NCBI GenBank assembly: GCA_033578915.1
Contig: JAVQWQ010000001.1
Location: 1-42,355 of the forward strand
DNA: 42,355 nucleotides
Direction of reading: 5' to 3'
Source of the DNA: Chitinophagales bacterium
GTDB taxonomy: Bacteria > Bacteroidota > Bacteroidia > Chitinophagales > LD1
Shown: in pieces, positions 36,651 through 42,355 of the stretch
Layout: each line of letters opens with the position of its first letter
Numbering within the stretch: the first letter of the stretch is position 1
The notes under the pieces: model-generated
Told to the model about the DNA's origin: nothing
Database searches by the model: none
The model's input: only the letters and a program-made list of their open reading frames with translations
Program-made: the position numbers and the translations under genes

Positions 36651-37022
36651 TTAGAATACGTTCAACAGTTGCCGCATGGCATTCCAACTGTCGCCTTCCA
36701 GCGTAAACGCTATAATAGCCCAAACTAAAAACAGAAAGGGCAACAGCACCGTCATTTTAAAACCCTTGGTTTCATGTCCAAGGTGCATGAAAACACCCAT
36801 GATGTACCATACCTTAACTACCGAGGCAATAGCCATGAAAATATTGATAAAAATCTTACCCTGCCCGTCCGGAAAAAAATGATCATAAATCATTGCCACA
36901 CCCACTTCAACCACAGTAACAATCGTTAATATAATAATTGTCTTCCATACAGAAGCCCTACCTTCTTTGTATTCTGACTCACTCCAATGCAGATGGCCTT
37001 CGCTGGGAACTTCAAAACTCAT
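36651..37022 (-). CDS. Cytochrome c oxidase subunit IV (prokaryotic COX4 family)
   Basis: 123 aa. Three TM helices (VWKTIIILTIVTVVEVGVAMIY, FMAIASVVKVWYIMGVFMHL, LLPFLFLVWAIIAF). Last gene of the cox operon. Confidence 0.75.
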   Translation of the reverse strand: MSFEVPSEGHLHWSESEYKEGRASVWKTIIILTIVTVVEVGVAMIYDHFFPDGQGKIFINIFMAIASVVKVWYIMGVFMHLGHETKGFKMTVLLPFLFLVWAIIAFTLEGDSWNAMRQLLNVF

Positions 37023-37052
37023 GATGTAAACTTTTTATAGTTAAAAAATATT

Positions 37053-37748
37053 TTACAACAGATAAAAACACAAAAATACATAAACCCAGACCAAATCTAC
37101 AAAATGCCAGTAAAGTCCAATCTTTTCAACCATTTCGTAGTGGCCCACCTTTTCAAAACGTCCATTGATAGTGGCAATAAGCAGCCATGTTAAAAGAATG
37201 ACACCCCCAAGCACATGCAGGCCATGGAACCCGGTTATAACAAAAAACAACTGGCCAAAATTGACCACTTTAGTGGTTGGGGATGCAGTTGTGGCCGTCA
37301 TTCCTTCGTGAATCAGGTGCGTCCATTCTAAATACTGGCAGAATAAGAATAGTGCGCCACAAGCAGCGGTAGGAATAATAAATTTCACTACTCCCCACTT
37401 ATTCATCAGATAGCCTTCTTGTACCGCACGCACCATCGTATAAGAACTAACGATGAGCAGGAAGGTCATAAAGCTAACAAAGACGAGTGGAGCTTTCACT
37501 CCGTGAAATATGTCAAGCGGAATGGAACTAAACACTTCTGCCGGCTTGGGCCAATTGTCTGCTAGCGTAAAGCGCAGAGCGCCATAGGTAATAAGTAAGC
37601 ATGCAAAGGTGAAAGTGTCGCTGATTAAAAAATACCACATCATTATTTTACCATATCCGGCTTTGAAAGGACTGCGGCCGCCTTTCCAGAGTTCCTGTTC
37701 GGTTTCTTTTACATGCCCGGTTGAATGTTCAATGGTAGCTGTTGCCAT
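37053..37748 (-). CDS. Heme-copper oxidase subunit III
   Basis: 231 aa polytopic protein. ITGFHGLHVLGGVILL and YWHFVDLVWVYVF are subunit III signatures. Confidence 0.9.
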   Translation of the reverse strand: MATATIEHSTGHVKETEQELWKGGRSPFKAGYGKIMMWYFLISDTFTFACLLITYGALRFTLADNWPKPAEVFSSIPLDIFHGVKAPLVFVSFMTFLLIVSSYTMVRAVQEGYLMNKWGVVKFIIPTAACGALFLFCQYLEWTHLIHEGMTATTASPTTKVVNFGQLFFVITGFHGLHVLGGVILLTWLLIATINGRFEKVGHYEMVEKIGLYWHFVDLVWVYVFLCFYLL

Positions 37749-37758
37749 GACGATTTTT

Positions 37759-38391
37759 TTATTGATAATTTAAGTAAAAAAATATATATAAGTAAATCCA
37801 GACTATATCAATATAATGCCAGAAAGTTACAAGCATTTCAAGATTAAAAATGCGTTTTGGATTTGCGATATTTCTTAATTCATAAATCGGGTCTTTGCGT
37901 GCGCGTATGGCATTTACGAGAAATACAAGGGTTACAATCAATGCACCGATAATATGTAATCCATGCATGGAGGTAATCAGATAAATAAATGAGCCTGAAA
38001 GATTGCCGTCTATCGGCATTCCACTTGCCGTAAGAATTTGCCAGCCTCTCCACTGCAAAAATAAAAACAGGCATGCGGAAAGAGTTCCTCCAAAAAGCAG
38101 CCACCTGAATGTTGCAAAATTTGATTTTCTGTAATGGATTAAACTTAGGTGCATGAATAAGCTAACTGCTAAAACAGCCATTGTGCTGTATAGAAAAATA
38201 CCTGGCAGCTTAAAGTTTTCCCAGTTTTGTACATCAGCCTTTTTTACAATGAGTGCGGATGTCAGTGCTGCAAAGAACATGGTCATGCTGGCCATAGCCA
38301 GCCATAAAGCAAACTTTTGCGGATGGATACCCGTGTATTCTATACGTTGTTTTAAGATTTCTTTATCTTTCCACGTGTAGTCCATAGCCAT
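37759..38391 (-). CDS. Heme-copper oxidase subunit III paralogue
   Basis: 210 aa. ITSMHGLHIIGALIV and FWHYIDIVWIYLYIF. Confidence 0.88.
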   Translation of the reverse strand: MAMDYTWKDKEILKQRIEYTGIHPQKFALWLAMASMTMFFAALTSALIVKKADVQNWENFKLPGIFLYSTMAVLAVSLFMHLSLIHYRKSNFATFRWLLFGGTLSACLFLFLQWRGWQILTASGMPIDGNLSGSFIYLITSMHGLHIIGALIVTLVFLVNAIRARKDPIYELRNIANPKRIFNLEMLVTFWHYIDIVWIYLYIFFYLNYQ

Positions 38392-38396
38392 AGTGC

Positions 38397-39332
38397 TTAA
38401 AAAGTTTTATCAATTAACATAGCCAGTTGCACTACCGGTAAATATGCAAATGAACCAAGCATAAGTTTTCGTGCAGACTGGTCATCGCAGCGTATCCATA
38501 ACTGCAAAGATTGAACAAAAAACATTACTCCCATAAATATCACAACTAAAGCTCCTGCCAATCCTATCCAACCTAAATAGTAGGGAATAATCGACAGTAC
38601 TAATAATGTAAAAGAATATAAAACATTTTGAAAGGCAGAAAATTTGTCTTTACCATTGGATGATGGCAAAAGCATAATATTGGCTTTTAGATAATCATCG
38701 TATTGAACCCATGCGATAGACCAGAAATGAGGAAACTGCCACAAAAACTGGATTCCAAAAAGGACAAGAGCAATTAGGTCAAGCTCTCCTGTGGCGCACA
38801 CATAACCGATTCCTATCGGCAGCGCGCCCGGAATGGCTCCCACAAGAACAGCTATGGAATGTACTCTTTTTAAAGGAGTGTAAATAAAAGCATAGCTTAA
38901 TAAGGATATAGACGCGAGGACACCGGCAGTAGCATTAAAAGTTTGCCACAGCAGAATAATACCTCCCACACCTAAAACCCCGGCGATAACGAGCGCTTCT
39001 ATGTTAGCCATTCTTCCGGCGGCTAAGGGGCGATTGCAGGTGCGGGTCATTAGTTTGTCAATATCTTTTTCTAGTATCTGATTAATGGCATTAGATGCTC
39101 CTGTAATGGCGATACCTCCAACAATTAACCAAAAAAGGTGACTTAAGGGGTACGACCCTTTAACACCTGTTAAAAATCCGACAGCCGCTGAAAAAACAAC
39201 CAACAGTGTCAGGCGAAACTTTATGAGTTCAAGGTAGTCTTGTATTTTTAAAGATATGCGAGCACTGAGGGCATGTGAAGCCGCCCCTGATACAACTGAA
39301 CCTGAAACTTGGTTACTTGTGTTCAACTTCAC
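38397..39332 (-). CDS. cyoE: Protoheme IX farnesyltransferase (heme O synthase)
   Basis: 311 aa. UbiA-family motifs NQILEKDIDKLMTRTCNRPL and polytopic layout. The only starts available are GTG 39332 or TTG 39326, both overlapping the end of coxI (stop 39313..39315). Confidence 0.9.
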   Translation of the reverse strand: MKLNTSNQVSGSVVSGAASHALSARISLKIQDYLELIKFRLTLLVVFSAAVGFLTGVKGSYPLSHLFWLIVGGIAITGASNAINQILEKDIDKLMTRTCNRPLAAGRMANIEALVIAGVLGVGGIILLWQTFNATAGVLASISLLSYAFIYTPLKRVHSIAVLVGAIPGALPIGIGYVCATGELDLIALVLFGIQFLWQFPHFWSIAWVQYDDYLKANIMLLPSSNGKDKFSAFQNVLYSFTLLVLSIIPYYLGWIGLAGALVVIFMGVMFFVQSLQLWIRCDDQSARKLMLGSFAYLPVVQLAMLIDKTF

Positions 39333-41136
39333 CGGCTTTTAAAGGTTCTGTTTGAGGAATAAAATCGCGTCCGTTGACATTATAGTCATAAGGCCAGCGA
39401 TGAACAGTAGGAATTTCTCCAGGCCAGTTGCCATGCAGGCGCTCTACAGGCGCTGTCCATTCTAGTGTGGTACCGCCCCATGGATTGCAGACCTCTCCTT
39501 CCACCTTTCTTCCTCTGAAGATGCTGTAGAAGAAATTGACTATAAAGAGTATCTGAGCTAAAAATACTACTATTGCAGAGACAGAAATAAATACGACCAG
39601 GCTATCGAAGTTGTTGAAAGTCTCAAAGTTTGCAAATGAATAGTATCTGCGGGGTAGCCCGGTCATAAAGTGCATGGGGAAGAATATCGCATAACCTCCT
39701 ATGAGTGTAACCCAGAAATGAATCAGGCCAAGGGTTTCATTCATAAACCTGCCAAAGAAGCGAGGGAACCAGTGGTAAACCCCGGCATACATTCCAAAGA
39801 AAGCAGCCACACCCATTACAATATGGAAGTGAGCTACCACGAAGTAAGTGTCATGCAATTGTATATCTATGGCAGAGTTACCTAGCATAATTCCGGTTAA
39901 GCCTCCAGTGATAAACAAGGAAACAAACCCTATAGCAAACATCATGGGAGTGTTGAGGCGAAGTGAGCCTTTCCAGATAGTACCTATCCAGTTAAATACT
40001 TTAATAGCAGAGGGTACGGCTATCAGCAGCGTAAATAAAACAAATACAGCGCCAAGATTTGGATTCATACCGGTTACAAACATGTGGTGCGCCCACACCA
40101 GGAAAGAAATAACGACAATGGCCATAATTGAAATTACCATGGCACGATAGCCAAAAATCGGCTTACGCGAATGTACACTCAAAACTTCAGACACTATTCC
40201 CATGGCAGGGAGAATGATGATGTAAACTTCTGGGTGTCCTAAAAACCAGAAGAGATGTTGATACAGTATTGGCGAACCTCCTTTATAATCAAGCAAATTA
40301 CCATTAATAATAATATCGTTGAGATAAAATGAAGTCCCTAAGAGGCGGTCGAACTCAAGCAGCGCAACACCAGCTAGCAGAGCAGGGAATGAAAGAATAC
40401 CCAAAACTGCAGTGAATAAAAATGCCCAGATGGTCAAAGGCATTTTCATCATCGTCATGCCTTTGGTGCGCATATTCAAGATAGTAGCTACATAATTAAG
40501 ACCACCTAAGAGCGATGAAACGATAAAAAGTGACATGGAAATTGCCCAAAGATCAAAACCTATTCCAGAACCTTTATTTATAGAAATATCATTTATACCA
40601 TTCAAAGGAGGATAAGCTGTCCAGCCACCGGAAGCAGCGCCTGTTTGGACAAAGAAAGAAGCAAACATCACAACAGATGCAGCAAAGAAAAACCAATAGG
40701 AAAGCATATTGATAAATCCAGAAGCCATGTCGCGCACACCTAGTTGATAAGGTATAAGCAAGTTGGCGAATGTACCACTAAGGCCTCCTGTAAGAACAAA
40801 GAATACAAGAATAGTGCCGTGCATGGTTACGAGAGAGTAATAAAATTCATTTGATATTTTTCCTCCCTCTGCCCAACGGCCGAAAAGTGTTTCCAGGAAA
40901 GGAAATGTTTCATTGGGCCAACCAAGTTGTAAACGAAATATAACTGACAGCAATCCACCCACAACTCCCCAAAACATTCCCGTGATTAGAAATTGTTTGG
41001 ATATAATTTTGTGGTCTTTGCTGAAAACATATTTCTCCAACCACGATTCTTCATGATGATGCCCATGATCATGGTGAGTATGTGCACCATTGTGCTGGTG
41101 TGTGCTTACTTCTACATGTGTGACTGACGTTTGCAT
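39313..41136 (-). CDS. ctaD: Cytochrome c oxidase subunit I
   Basis: 607 aa. WFLGHPEVYIIILP, VWAHHMF, HDTYFVVAHFHIVM are the canonical heme a/a3-CuB ligand blocks. His-rich N-terminal tail THQHNGAHTHHDHGHHHEE (41050..41103). Confidence 0.97.
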   Translation of the reverse strand: MQTSVTHVEVSTHQHNGAHTHHDHGHHHEESWLEKYVFSKDHKIISKQFLITGMFWGVVGGLLSVIFRLQLGWPNETFPFLETLFGRWAEGGKISNEFYYSLVTMHGTILVFFVLTGGLSGTFANLLIPYQLGVRDMASGFINMLSYWFFFAASVVMFASFFVQTGAASGGWTAYPPLNGINDISINKGSGIGFDLWAISMSLFIVSSLLGGLNYVATILNMRTKGMTMMKMPLTIWAFLFTAVLGILSFPALLAGVALLEFDRLLGTSFYLNDIIINGNLLDYKGGSPILYQHLFWFLGHPEVYIIILPAMGIVSEVLSVHSRKPIFGYRAMVISIMAIVVISFLVWAHHMFVTGMNPNLGAVFVLFTLLIAVPSAIKVFNWIGTIWKGSLRLNTPMMFAIGFVSLFITGGLTGIMLGNSAIDIQLHDTYFVVAHFHIVMGVAAFFGMYAGVYHWFPRFFGRFMNETLGLIHFWVTLIGGYAIFFPMHFMTGLPRRYYSFANFETFNNFDSLVVFISVSAIVVFLAQILFIVNFFYSIFRGRKVEGEVCNPWGGTTLEWTAPVERLHGNWPGEIPTVHRWPYDYNVNGRDFIPQTEPLKAGEVEHK

Positions 41137-41163
41137 AGGACTCTTTTTTATTTTATAGAAGAA

Positions 41164-42258
41164 TTAATTTTTTGTCAACATGGCCTGTGCTTTATTTTCA
41201 GACTTATTTTCCTCAGATGCAAGCGTTGGCTTAACTACAGTTTCGTAGTATGAAGCCTGTTCTTTAAACCACTCATCATATTCTTTTTGTTCAACAACTA
41301 TCACATCTTTTTGCATAGCATAGTGAGAACGTCCGCAAAGTTCAGTGCAAGCTAATTCGTATTTAAATGTTTCCCAGCGCGGCTTGCCGGTTTCAGGATT
41401 TATTTGTTGCCACCACGGTTGAGTTTTCAAATATTCTTGCATCTCTTTGGTGGTCATAGTTGGCACAAAATAGAATTGAGTGGGTAACCCAGGCACACAG
41501 TCCATTTTAACGCGAAAATGAGGGAGGTAAAAGCTATGAATCACATCAAGTGCTCCGAGTTTAACAAGCACAGGCCTGTTTTTTACCAAATAAATTTTAT
41601 CTGCAAAAAAATCATCATGGCTTTTCTCATCTTTCCAATTTATTCCCAACTCGTTTTCTGGCTTAACATGCTCTTTATCAATAATTCTCTCGCCAAAAGC
41701 GCCATCTTTTCCGGGGTAACGTACAGACCATTGAAACTGTTTGGCTACCACTTCAATCACCATCATGTTTTTGGTATCGCGCTTACTTACATCAAAAATG
41801 TTGAACCAAACTCGCATCCCTAAAACAACAAGAATAGTCATCACCACGGCAGGTATAACTGTCCACACCACTTCAAGCTTGTTGTTGTGAGGATAGAAAT
41901 AAGATTCTTTATTGTTTGCTTCGTTGTAGCGGTATGCAAACCAAAAGAGTGCTACCTGGGTCAACACAAAGACAATTACTAAAAAAAACAAGGTTATATA
42001 GAAAAGATTATCTGTTTGAACTCCATGCAGCGAAGCGGCTTTGGGAATCATAACAGGAATAAACTTTTTAGACGCCCAGGCAATACCGGCAAACAATAAG
42101 AATAAAAAAGCTAATGAATAATACCCATTCCTCTTACTGGCTTTAGTCGTGTCTTTATCCTCACCATTCAAGACCATAGCCAGCTCAGATGCTTTAGCTA
42201 TGTAAACAAGCACCACAAAGAGAAGTACAAGTATTACTGTTGAAATTAAAATGGTCAT
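41164..42258 (-). CDS. coxB: Cytochrome c oxidase subunit II (CuA-containing, no fused cytochrome c domain)
   Basis: 364 aa. Three hydrophobic helices in the N-terminal ~150 aa. Cupredoxin domain with DVIHSFYLPHF and the CuA motif CTELCGRSHYAM. No CxxCH anywhere. Confidence 0.95.
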   Translation of the reverse strand: MTILISTVILVLLFVVLVYIAKASELAMVLNGEDKDTTKASKRNGYYSLAFLFLLFAGIAWASKKFIPVMIPKAASLHGVQTDNLFYITLFFLVIVFVLTQVALFWFAYRYNEANNKESYFYPHNNKLEVVWTVIPAVVMTILVVLGMRVWFNIFDVSKRDTKNMMVIEVVAKQFQWSVRYPGKDGAFGERIIDKEHVKPENELGINWKDEKSHDDFFADKIYLVKNRPVLVKLGALDVIHSFYLPHFRVKMDCVPGLPTQFYFVPTMTTKEMQEYLKTQPWWQQINPETGKPRWETFKYELACTELCGRSHYAMQKDVIVVEQKEYDEWFKEQASYYETVVKPTLASEENKSENKAQAMLTKN

Positions 42259-42355
42259 ATGACACTTTTTTTAAGTTGCTCAAATAACTTTATGTACAAA
42301 TTAAAAGTTTGCATGTTATTGTTAAATATTATGTTTTATAGATTCCAGGTAATAA

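Noticed and set aside
1-42355. Looked for tRNA/rRNA genes, CRISPR arrays, transposase or integrase genes, and known defence-system hallmarks (large ATPase/nuclease pairs, reverse transcriptase, restriction-modification)
   Set aside because: Intergenic regions are all about 200 nt or shorter and show no cloverleaf-like or repeat-spacer structure. No ORF shows the relevant catalytic motifs. The only nuclease-fold protein (EEP, 9671..10762) is membrane-anchored and sits in a metabolic-looking operon.

Overview
This 42.4 kb window is a densely coding chromosomal segment, almost certainly from a member of the Bacteroidota. Three proteins end in type IX secretion (T9SS) C-terminal sorting domains. 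A PorV-like/PorU-like gene pair is present. Several transcription units are preceded by exact TAnnTTTG -7 boxes. The cytochrome c oxidase operon has the phylum-typical layout, with two subunit III paralogues and a His-rich CoxI N-terminus.

I support 31 protein-coding genes (32 ORFs, two of which I read as one gene split by a stop codon). From left to right they are:
- a truncated dnaK that is missing from the ORF track
- an orphan histidine kinase
- a tight 5.2 kb envelope operon (two GT-C-type membrane glycosyltransferases, a TPR protein and a PagL-like deacylase)
- a glutamine-synthetase-family ligase
- a ubiB-like kinase / EEP phosphoesterase / O-methyltransferase operon
- an FG-GAP propeller T9SS cargo
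- a trans-sulfuration PLP enzyme
- an M48 lipoprotein protease
- a multi-PAS histidine kinase
- an AcpH-like / PorV-like / PorU-like (C25 peptidase) operon
- a DUF4175-like giant coiled-coil membrane protein
- ComEC
- a T9SS-secreted protein with the copper-ligand pattern of PHM/DBH monooxygenases
- a GH27 alpha-galactosidase
- a TlpA-like thioredoxin
- two orphan genes
- the coxII-coxI-cyoE-coxIII-coxIII-coxIV operon

I found no rRNA, tRNA, CRISPR array, transposase, integrase or recognisable defence system.

The points most worth a second look are:
1. A single in-frame TGA splits a roughly 1716-codon PorU-like sortase gene from its own sorting domain.
2. That gene sits in an unusual acpH-like/porV-like/porU-like module.
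3. The secreted PHM/DBH-like copper monooxygenase carries an N-terminal cytochrome-like C-x4-CH module and a promoter bracketed by a 10 bp inverted repeat.
4. The envelope remodelling operon.

All family assignments rest on motif and architecture recognition by eye. No database search was possible.
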